Assembly: GCA_026129905.1 (NCBI GenBank)
Contig: JAHCHE010000013.1
Location: forward strand, 101,475-165,474
From: Bryobacteraceae bacterium
Lineage (GTDB): Bacteria > Acidobacteriota > Terriglobia > Bryobacterales > Bryobacteraceae
Direction of reading: 5' to 3'
DNA length: 64,000 nucleotides
Positions within the stretch are counted from its first letter, which is position 1, and each line of letters opens with the position of its first letter. Shown piece after piece: positions 57,000 to 64,000 of the stretch. Under the pieces are notes generated by a model. That model searched no databases. It saw nothing but the letters and a program-made list of their open reading frames with translations, and had not been told where the DNA came from. The position numbers and the translations under genes were made by a program.

Positions 57000-58835
57000 G
57001 TGAATATGGAACTCGCGTCTCACGATGCCGCGCTGAACCGGCGCGGTAACCTCGGCGGTTTTCCCCTGCCGTCCCTCGTCTCCAGGGTCCAGCCGCTGCT
57101 TAAGAAAGTCCTTCTTGTCGACCGGCTAAACGCTGCTTATGCCGAGGCCAAGGCCGGGACCGAAGGCGGTGAAGTCTTCCGTAGGATGCTCGACGCCGCC
57201 CGCGTTTCCTATGACGTCGATCCGCGCGATCTCGCCAAGATCCCGCCGGCCGGTCCCGTCGTCGCCGTCGCCAATCACCCCTTCGGGATCGTCGAAGGCG
57301 CGATACTCGCCTCTCTGCTTTCGCGCGTTCGTTCCGACGTCCGGATCATGACCAACTTCCTGGTCTCCTCCATCGCCGCCGTCGAACCCGTCGACCTCTT
57401 CCTCTGGGTCGATCCCTTCGGCGGCCCCAATTCGGTGCTCGCCAACCGCCGCCCCCTCCGCGCGGCCGTCGACTGGGTCCGCCAAGGCGGCATGCTCGTC
57501 GCCTTCCCTGCCGGCGAAGTCGCCCACTTCGATCTCCGCTCGCGCCGCGTTGTCGACCGCGCTTGGAACCGCTCCATCTCCGGCCTGATCCGCCTCTCCC
57601 AAGCCTCGGCGCTGCCTGTCTTTTTCCATGGCGCCAATAGCGTCCCGTTTCACCTCGCCGGCCTCCTGCATCCCTCCCTCCGCACGCTTTGTCTTGCGCG
57701 CGAGTTCTTCAACAAACGCGGCCGTCGGATCCCCGTCCGCGTCGGCGACGAAATCCCGTTCCAGCGGCTCGCCAAATTCTCCGACGACTGTGAGATGACA
57801 GACTACCTCTACCGGCGCACCTTCCTCCTGGCCAACCGCGCCGAGGCCTCCCCGTCCCGCTCGTTGCCTCGCCGCCTTCCGCCCATTGCGGCGCCGGAGG
57901 ACTCCGCCACCCTCGCCGCCGAAGTTGCCCGCCTGTCCCCGGACGAGGAACTCGCCGCACTCAGCGGCTATGCCGTCTATTGCGCTCGCGCCTCGCGAGT
58001 CCCGGCTCTCCTCCGCGAAATCGGAAGGCTTCGCGAGATCTCCTTCCGCGCCGTCGGCGAAGGCGTCGGCCGTCCCGCCGATCTGGACTCGTTCGACACG
58101 GATTACGAGCACCTCTTCCTCTGGAATCGCGAGCGCAACGAGGTTGTTGGCGCCTACCGCATCGCGCCCGTCGATCGGATCGTCGCGGACCGCGGCTTGT
58201 CGGGGCTCTATACCAGCACCCTCTTCGAGTTCCGCCCGGACTTCTTTCGGAAACTCGGTCCCGCCGTCGAATTGGGCCGATCGTTCGTCAGGCCCGAGTA
58301 TCAGCGCAGTTTCGCTCCCCTCATGATGCTTTGGAAAGGCGTCTGCGCTTGGCTGGTTCGCCACCCCGCATACCACGTGCTTTTCGGAGCCGTCAGCATC
58401 AGCGACAACTATTGCGCCGCTTCCCGGCAGTACATGGTTCAGTTTCTCAGGACCAGGTGCCTTTCTTCGGAACTGGCCGGCCTCGTCAGGGCTAGGAGTG
58501 GCTTCAAGTTAACTCCGCCCCGCGATTGGGAGGTTCACCTTAACAGCAACTTCGTCAACGATATCGAGGACCTTTCCTCCCTGATCACCGATCTCGAGCA
58601 CGATCGCAAAGGCGTGCCCATACTCGTCAGGCAGTACTTGAAACTCGGTGGCCGGCTGATCGACTTCAACCTCGACCCAGACTTTTCTCGCGCCCTCGAC
58701 GGCCTGATTGTCGTGGATCTTCTGAAGACGGATCGCTGCATCCTGGAACGCTACATGGGAAAGGATAACGCCACCCGCTTCTTCCTCCATCACCTATCCC
58801 CCGCCGGCGGCCACACACAGACTCAACCCGGCTAG
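57000..58835 (+). CDS. Bifunctional acyltransferase: N-terminal PlsC/LPLAT-like O-acyltransferase + C-terminal GNAT/OlsB-like N-acyltransferase (OlsF-like ornithine-lipid synthase candidate)
   Basis: N-domain 'VVAVANHPFGIVEGAILASL...VAFPAGEV' (HX4-5[D/E] plus a PEG-like motif). C-domain has the OlsB/hemolysin-like GNAT fold ('YEHLFLWNRERNEVVGAYRI...'). GTG start at 57000. Confidence 0.55.
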   Translation: MNMELASHDAALNRRGNLGGFPLPSLVSRVQPLLKKVLLVDRLNAAYAEAKAGTEGGEVFRRMLDAARVSYDVDPRDLAKIPPAGPVVAVANHPFGIVEGAILASLLSRVRSDVRIMTNFLVSSIAAVEPVDLFLWVDPFGGPNSVLANRRPLRAAVDWVRQGGMLVAFPAGEVAHFDLRSRRVVDRAWNRSISGLIRLSQASALPVFFHGANSVPFHLAGLLHPSLRTLCLAREFFNKRGRRIPVRVGDEIPFQRLAKFSDDCEMTDYLYRRTFLLANRAEASPSRSLPRRLPPIAAPEDSATLAAEVARLSPDEELAALSGYAVYCARASRVPALLREIGRLREISFRAVGEGVGRPADLDSFDTDYEHLFLWNRERNEVVGAYRIAPVDRIVADRGLSGLYTSTLFEFRPDFFRKLGPAVELGRSFVRPEYQRSFAPLMMLWKGVCAWLVRHPAYHVLFGAVSISDNYCAASRQYMVQFLRTRCLSSELAGLVRARSGFKLTPPRDWEVHLNSNFVNDIEDLSSLITDLEHDRKGVPILVRQYLKLGGRLIDFNLDPDFSRALDGLIVVDLLKTDRCILERYMGKDNATRFFLHHLSPAGGHTQTQPG

Positions 58836-60295
58836 AAGCTCCAGTCGTAGAGAGCGGGATCCTTGAGCGATGCACCCTGCCGCATGTGTAGCCGCAGCAA
58901 GCCCGCCAGCAGATCGCCCGCCCCCACTTTCGCTTCGTAGTACCGATCGTACGGCTGTCGTACGAAAAGTCCCCCGGTCGGAGTCGGCTTCCAAAACTTT
59001 CTGACGGCGGAGTCGACGTAGGAACGCGCTTCATCGAGGTACGCCTTCTCGCCGGTTACATCGTAGAGGTCGAGACTCAGGTTCAGCGCGAACCCCACGC
59101 CCTCGATCGAAACGTTATCTGGCGCCGGCGTCCTCTTGGCGATGCGTGCGATCCGGCGCGCCATCTCCAGAAAAACCGGATCTTTCTCGGTCCTGGCGAA
59201 ATACGCCGCGATCCGTCCGACAGACAGGAGGCTGGTCCCGCCGTAGCTGATCTCCCACGGCCTCGCCAGTTCCTCCCCGCGCGGCGAGCCATCGACGGAA
59301 ACGCTGACCAGATATCCGTCCCTGCGGGCGTCGTAAAAGAACCTCTGATACGCCTTCAACAGCGCAACCGCCCGCGTCCAAATCGCCGTTTCCCGCGGGT
59401 AGAGCTGGTACGTCTTCACGAGCCAATAACCCAGTTGCGTCATGCCCGCCGAGGCGGCCTGTGCTTCCTCGCGCGCATCCCCGATGCAGCTCGGCGTCAG
59501 GTCTGTGGAAACGTTCCGGTGTTTCCAGTAGAGTTCGCCCGCGGCGCGGCTCCACGCCAGCCAGCGCCGGTCCCCGGTCTGTTTGTGCAGGAACATGAAC
59601 GAGTAGGCGAACAGTCCCGAGTGCTTGATCCAGGGCTGGCCGCCGCTCGCCTGGTGCTCGGCGCGGCCCCACGCGGCATGCCGGTTATACAGCGCCGCGC
59701 CGTCGTCGCTTTCGTAGTGATATCGCAGCGCCTGGATGGCGCGGCTCGTCGCCGCGGCGTTCACTTCCCAAAGCTCGGCCCACGGAGGCGTCCACTCCAG
59801 CAGTTCGTGCCAGCGGCGCTCGGCCGCCACTTCGTCTCGGTAGAAGTCGTAATAGAGGTGTTCGCCCCATCCCAGGAAGCCCGTCGCCTCATCCACGGCG
59901 TGCGACAGGTAGAAGTCGATGTACTGGCGGGCGGCGCCCGCGTATTCCGGCTTGCCGCTCACGGCGCTCAGCACGCGGAACACGCGCAAAGTGACGGCGT
60001 CGTGGTAGAGATTGCAGCCCCCTACCGCCCGGTCGCTTTCCCGCACTCCCGGAGGCGGCGGCACGCCCTCTTGGGGCGCCGACAGCGTCTCCGCGTCGAT
60101 GACGCCTGCCCAAAGCGGTGTCTTCTTCGGCCCGACCACATCGAGGCCGGCCGCCAGGAGCGTGTCGGCGAACCTCAGGACATAGTCCAGATAGGTGACG
60201 GATGGCGCCCCTCGCCGCCGCTGCGCCGCCGCGGCTAGGCGCGAGACCGCTGGGCCGATCGACAAAGAGAACAACCGCCTCCGGCTAACGCGCAA
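58832..60295 (-). CDS. Tat-signal secreted hypothetical protein (possible alpha/alpha-barrel glycoside-hydrolase-like)
   Basis: 'MRVSRRRLFSLSIGPAVSRLAAAA' twin-arginine leader. 487 aa, Trp/Tyr-rich. Confidence 0.55.
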   Translation of the reverse strand: MRVSRRRLFSLSIGPAVSRLAAAAQRRRGAPSVTYLDYVLRFADTLLAAGLDVVGPKKTPLWAGVIDAETLSAPQEGVPPPPGVRESDRAVGGCNLYHDAVTLRVFRVLSAVSGKPEYAGAARQYIDFYLSHAVDEATGFLGWGEHLYYDFYRDEVAAERRWHELLEWTPPWAELWEVNAAATSRAIQALRYHYESDDGAALYNRHAAWGRAEHQASGGQPWIKHSGLFAYSFMFLHKQTGDRRWLAWSRAAGELYWKHRNVSTDLTPSCIGDAREEAQAASAGMTQLGYWLVKTYQLYPRETAIWTRAVALLKAYQRFFYDARRDGYLVSVSVDGSPRGEELARPWEISYGGTSLLSVGRIAAYFARTEKDPVFLEMARRIARIAKRTPAPDNVSIEGVGFALNLSLDLYDVTGEKAYLDEARSYVDSAVRKFWKPTPTGGLFVRQPYDRYYEAKVGAGDLLAGLLRLHMRQGASLKDPALYDWSF

Positions 60296-60334
60296 ACCGT
60301 TAATCTATCGCACTGCGCACGCGACCCGCCGGGA

Positions 60335-61135
60335 CTACTTCACCGTCTGGTCGGGCGACATGCCGAGCTTCTCATATAGCTTCCTCCTGCCCTCTTTGTC
60401 GCCTTCGAGGATGATGTAGGCCAGTTTCGCGACCTCTTCGGCTACCTCCCGCGGCACAACCACCACGCCGTCGCCGTCGGCCACGATCACGTCGCCCGGC
60501 CGGACCATGACGCCGCCGCACATGATCGGCCGGTTGACGGATTCCACTTCGTTGCGGCCGGGACGAATGCCCCGAGCGGGCCGCTTGTAGTAGAGCGGGA
60601 CTTGCTGCTTGATCACTTCATCCGTATCCCGCGCCCCTCCGCTGGTGACGACGCCAACCGCGCCTCGCGTCTTCCACCCCAGGATATTGTTCGAGCCGAT
60701 CGTACCGGTGTCGCCGTCCTCGCCCCCGTCAATCACCACGACCGACCCTTTGCGGAGGTACTTCGTGAACGGTTCTGGGGAGAGCTTGCCATACCAATCG
60801 CCTTCCCACTTGCGGAATTCGTCCGGCGTCATCTTGCCAACGCGCCGGTTGGTCGGCAAATAGCGGACCGTAACCGCGATGCCGGCGAACTTGTGCCGCA
60901 TCTCGTCGGTATCGCGCCACAGCGGGCGGATCGCGGGATCCATCAGCCCGACGTCCTGTAGGCCCACCATGTCCAAGCCGTCGGAAACGTCGGCGACCCG
61001 CAGCGGTTCGTACAGCTTCAGGATCTTCTCGTCTTCTTCTTGCGTGTATGTCCTGAATTGGATGAACTGGTCCTGGGCCGCCATCAGGCCGGGGAAAACG
61101 CACAGCGCAAGCGCCGCGAACTGTTGACCTCGCAT
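60335..61135 (-). CDS. RraA-family protein (RNase E inhibitor / HMG-CHA aldolase fold) with signal peptide
   Basis: 'GSVVVIDGGEDGDTGTIGSNNILGW...GDVIVADGDGVVVVPRE' matches RraA/MenG-like family motifs. Confidence 0.65.
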   Translation of the reverse strand: MRGQQFAALALCVFPGLMAAQDQFIQFRTYTQEEDEKILKLYEPLRVADVSDGLDMVGLQDVGLMDPAIRPLWRDTDEMRHKFAGIAVTVRYLPTNRRVGKMTPDEFRKWEGDWYGKLSPEPFTKYLRKGSVVVIDGGEDGDTGTIGSNNILGWKTRGAVGVVTSGGARDTDEVIKQQVPLYYKRPARGIRPGRNEVESVNRPIMCGGVMVRPGDVIVADGDGVVVVPREVAEEVAKLAYIILEGDKEGRRKLYEKLGMSPDQTVK

Positions 61136-61265
61136 CGAGCCAATAACCTCCCTAAGTAAGCTATCATCCGCCCGGGAAGTCCGCTATCGCTTGGAGGAAC
61201 CGGCGGCTTCGGCAGCCGAGGACCGTTGCGGGAGGACGGATGCTCAGGTACTCTGACCTGTAGCC

Positions 61266-62564
61266 GTGAGCCGGGAAGTCTTCATCAGCCACTCCTCCGC
61301 CGACCGCGCCCTCGCTGAGCGAGCTTGCCGCGCGCTGGAGGATCGCGGCATTCCATGCTGGATCGCCCCGCGAAACATCGCGCTCAGCAGAGGCTGGCCG
61401 GAGGAAATTACAAAGGCCATCGATCGCTGCGCAGCGATGGTGGTGCTGATATCGTCACGCTCCAACGCCTCCAGGCACGTGGCGAAAGAACTAAACCAAG
61501 CCGACCGGCGGAACATTCCGATCTACCCGCTTCGCGTCGAACCGGTAGAGCCCTCGACAAGTCTGCGCTACGCTCTCGGGGAAAGCCAGTGGCTGGATGC
61601 GTTCGACGAGCCGAGGGAGCCGGTTCTGACCCGGCTCGTCGAGGCCATCGTCGGCGCGCTGCCGGAACCGCCGCCAACGCCCCCAGGCGGTAGCGAGGCT
61701 CTCTCGGAGAGGCTGTCGCGCGCGCGTGGTTCGCGGCGCCGGTATGCATGGATTGCCGCGGCGCTGCTCGCCATCGGTGCCGCCGCAGTATTGGTGGGGC
61801 CGAAACTGTCGTCCAGGATTGCGGGACCGGTCTACGTGAGCATACCTCGGGGCTCATTCATTATGGGCTGCTCTCCAGGCGATTCGGAGTGTCGAGAGGA
61901 CGAGGTTCCCGGCCACACCGTGACGATCAGCCGGCCATTCCAAATCGGCCGGACAGAAGTAACCGTGAACGAGTACCGCCGGTTTTGCCTGCAAGCCGGC
62001 TGCACGCCTCCGCCGCCGGACCTTGCGGGCGACCTCCCGGTGGTGGACGTGACGTGGGAAGACGCCGACGCGTACTGCCGCTGGGCCGGAGGACGGCTGC
62101 CGACCGAAGCCGAATGGGAGTACGCGGCTCGCGGCGGAACCACCACCGCTCGCTATGGCTCGCTGGACGACATCGCCTGGTACGGCCGCAACGCGGGCCG
62201 CAACTACCTCGATACGGGACCGTGGGAACTCAATCCAGCCAACTATGAAACCCGGCTGAAGGAGAACGGCAACCGTCCTCAACCCGTGGGAAAAAAGCAG
62301 GCCAACCGCTTCGGCTTGTACGACATGCTCGGCAACGTATGGGAGTGGTGTTCCGACTGGTACGACCCGGCCTACTACAGCCGCAGTCCTGCCAGCGACC
62401 CCGTCGGACCCGAGAGCGGAGACAGGAAAGTGTTTCGTGGCGGCTCCTGTCAGAATTTCCCCCCGAATGTGCGGGTCTCCAGGCGCTACCCGGGCGTTCT
62501 GCCGAGCGGCGCGCGCCGGGGCGCGGATGTCGGCTTCCGGTGCGTCCTGCCCGCCCAGCCCTAA
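61266..62564 (+). CDS. TIR domain - single TM - FGE-sulfatase (SUMF1/DUF323) domain protein
   Basis: N-terminus 'VFISHSSADRALAERACRALEDRGIPCWIAPRNI...AAMVVLISSRSNASRHVAKELNQA' is a TIR fold. A TM helix 'RRRYAWIAAALLAIGAAAVLVGPK' follows (positive-inside, so TIR is cytoplasmic). FGE-sulfatase motifs follow: 'GHTVTISRPFQIGRTEVTVNEY', 'RLPTEAEWEYAARGG', 'YDMLGNVWEWCSDWY', 'RGGS'. Confidence 0.8.
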   Translation: MSREVFISHSSADRALAERACRALEDRGIPCWIAPRNIALSRGWPEEITKAIDRCAAMVVLISSRSNASRHVAKELNQADRRNIPIYPLRVEPVEPSTSLRYALGESQWLDAFDEPREPVLTRLVEAIVGALPEPPPTPPGGSEALSERLSRARGSRRRYAWIAAALLAIGAAAVLVGPKLSSRIAGPVYVSIPRGSFIMGCSPGDSECREDEVPGHTVTISRPFQIGRTEVTVNEYRRFCLQAGCTPPPPDLAGDLPVVDVTWEDADAYCRWAGGRLPTEAEWEYAARGGTTTARYGSLDDIAWYGRNAGRNYLDTGPWELNPANYETRLKENGNRPQPVGKKQANRFGLYDMLGNVWEWCSDWYDPAYYSRSPASDPVGPESGDRKVFRGGSCQNFPPNVRVSRRYPGVLPSGARRGADVGFRCVLPAQP

Positions 62565-62618
62565 CCCCGCAGGCGTACGTAGGCAGCCTCTCCTCCCGTC
62601 TATACTCTGATCACAGCC

Positions 62619-63737
62619 ATGCGCCGATTTCTTAAGCCTTCGTTCAACTGGTTGCTGATTCTCGTCCCCGCGAGCCTCGCTTGCGAATTTCTGGCGCCCG
62701 GGAACCACGTCCTGCTCTTCGCGCTGGCCGCCCTGGCCATCGTTCCCCTGGCCGGCTGGATGGGCCGCGCCACGGAACACCTGGCGCATCACACCAGCGA
62801 GGGCGTCGGCGGTCTGCTGAACGCCACGTTCGGCAACGCCGCCGAGCTAATCATCGCGCTGATGGCGCTGCGCGGCGGCCTGCACGACGTGGTGAAAGCT
62901 TCACTCACCGGATCGATTATTGGCAACGTACTGCTGGTGATGGGCGCCGCCTTCGCGGCGGGCGGCCTGCGCCACAAGACCCAGACGTTTCATGAGGGAG
63001 GCGCCCGCATTCAATCCACGATGATGACGCTCGCCACTATCGCGCTCATCCTGCCCGCCGCCTTCCACCACCTCGGCGGAGCGGAGGTGCAGGCCCGGGA
63101 AAGCGGCTTGAGCTTGGAGATCGCCGTCGTCATGCTAGTGACCTACGGCCTCGGACTGGTGTTCACGCTCCACACCCACCGGCATTTCTTCTCGGGCCAC
63201 ATGCGAGAAGGGTCGGCGGAGGTTCACGGGACGGGCCAACCATGGCCGCTCGGCCGCAGTTTGGCGACGCTCGGCGTGAGCACCGCCTTCATCGCGTGGA
63301 TGAGCGAAATCCTGGTCGGGTCGGTTGAGCCGGCGGGCAAGGAACTCGGCCTCAGCAGCCTGTTTGTCGGCGTCGTGGTCGTCGCGGTAATCGGCAACGC
63401 CGCCGAGCACAGCACCGCGATCCTCATGGCCATGAAGGACCGCATGGACCTGAGCCTCGGCATCGCGATGGGCAGCAGCATCCAGGTGGCGCTGTTCGTC
63501 GCCCCCGCGCTGGTCCTTGCCAGCTACGGCATCGCGGACCGGCCCATGGACCTCGTCTTCACGCCGATCGAAATTCTGGCCGTTTTCGCTGCCGTCATCA
63601 TCGGCAACGAGATCGCCCGCGACGGCGAGTCCAACTGGCTGGAAGGCGTACAGTTGCTGGCGGTGTATCTGCTGCTGGCCATCGTCTTCTATTTCATGCC
63701 GGAATCCGCCGCGCATGTTTCCCCGCTGGCGGGCTAA
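62619..63737 (+). CDS. Ca2+/H+ antiporter (CAX/ChaA family)
   Basis: Two alpha-repeat signatures 'GNAAELIIALMALRGG' and 'GNAAEHSTAILMA' within 11 TM segments. Confidence 0.85.
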   Translation: MRRFLKPSFNWLLILVPASLACEFLAPGNHVLLFALAALAIVPLAGWMGRATEHLAHHTSEGVGGLLNATFGNAAELIIALMALRGGLHDVVKASLTGSIIGNVLLVMGAAFAAGGLRHKTQTFHEGGARIQSTMMTLATIALILPAAFHHLGGAEVQARESGLSLEIAVVMLVTYGLGLVFTLHTHRHFFSGHMREGSAEVHGTGQPWPLGRSLATLGVSTAFIAWMSEILVGSVEPAGKELGLSSLFVGVVVVAVIGNAAEHSTAILMAMKDRMDLSLGIAMGSSIQVALFVAPALVLASYGIADRPMDLVFTPIEILAVFAAVIIGNEIARDGESNWLEGVQLLAVYLLLAIVFYFMPESAAHVSPLAG

Positions 63738-64000
63738 CCTAATCTCTTGTCCTGCGCAACCCTTGGCAATGCCTGGATCGGGTCGGGGGACGGGGATTGC
63801 GCCCCGGCGTCCCACACCACCGGACGTGCGGTTTTCCGCATCCGGCGTTTGAAGCAAGCGGTTTAACTACTCGCCAGATCCGACGGCAGCAGTAACCCGT
63901 GACGGCGTAGTCGTGCTTTCGACCGCGCGGTTTGCGGCTCCCGGTCCCGGCCAGATGCCAGGCTCCCCGGGAACTCTGGGCTACGTTCAGCAGGCGGCCC

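Overview
This is a high-GC (~63-65%) window with compact, strand-clustered genes, a TIGR03437-type 'Solibacter C-terminal domain' protein and an exosortase/EpsI locus. That combination looks like an Acidobacteria chromosome of the Solibacter type. The supplied ORF track treats GTG/TTG as start codons; many long antisense ORFs are GC artefacts and are ignored.

Gene content from 5' to 3':
- A secreted M14 carboxypeptidase (-) and a PAS-GGDEF diguanylate cyclase (+).
- A low-GC spacer with a perfect palindrome and a strong intrinsic terminator (possible sRNA).
- A GH3 beta-glucosidase lipoprotein, a YhhQ-type queuosine-precursor transporter, and a YjbQ + DUF2203 pair.
- An RelE/HigB-like toxin + HTH antitoxin cassette bracketed by ~45-bp direct repeats copied from the 3' end of the neighbouring amidohydrolase gene; its toxin is frameshifted.
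- A translationally coupled minus-strand triad: tandem alpha/beta-hydrolase, Tag DNA glycosylase, amidohydrolase.
- An ECF sigma factor with a FecR-type anti-sigma factor.
- A large GltD/NfnB-like + PyrK-like fused oxidoreductase interrupted by a single in-frame TAG.
- A PaaK-like ligase, a second YjbQ, a URO-D-like enzyme, a Tat-exported aldo/keto reductase and an EEP nuclease.
- tRNA-Ser(GCU), followed by a decayed island: tyrosine-integrase fragment, a second frameshifted toxin with intact antitoxin, transposase-like fragments in three frames, a split SBBP/TIGR03437 gene and a ParE/antitoxin pair.
- An NfeD-flotillin pair, then a seven-gene minus-strand operon: DUF1206, a 611-aa hypothetical, a SAM methyltransferase, an 895-aa beta-helix protein and two paralogous secreted HxH-repeat proteins.
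- Divergent from that operon, a PEP-CTERM-type polysaccharide locus: Wzy-like, AsnB, GT2, exosortase, EpsI.
- A fliW-csrA-flagellin module with a 1007-aa giant flagellin and a TPR-GT9 (FlmG-like) protein.
- An esterase, an OlsF-like bifunctional acyltransferase, a Tat-secreted hypothetical, an RraA-like protein, a TIR-TM-FGE receptor-like protein and a CAX antiporter.

Most novel candidates: the HxH-repeat secreted protein operon, the TIR-TM-FGE receptor-like protein, the repeat-bracketed TA cassette with paired frameshifted toxins, and the in-frame TAG in the oxidoreductase.
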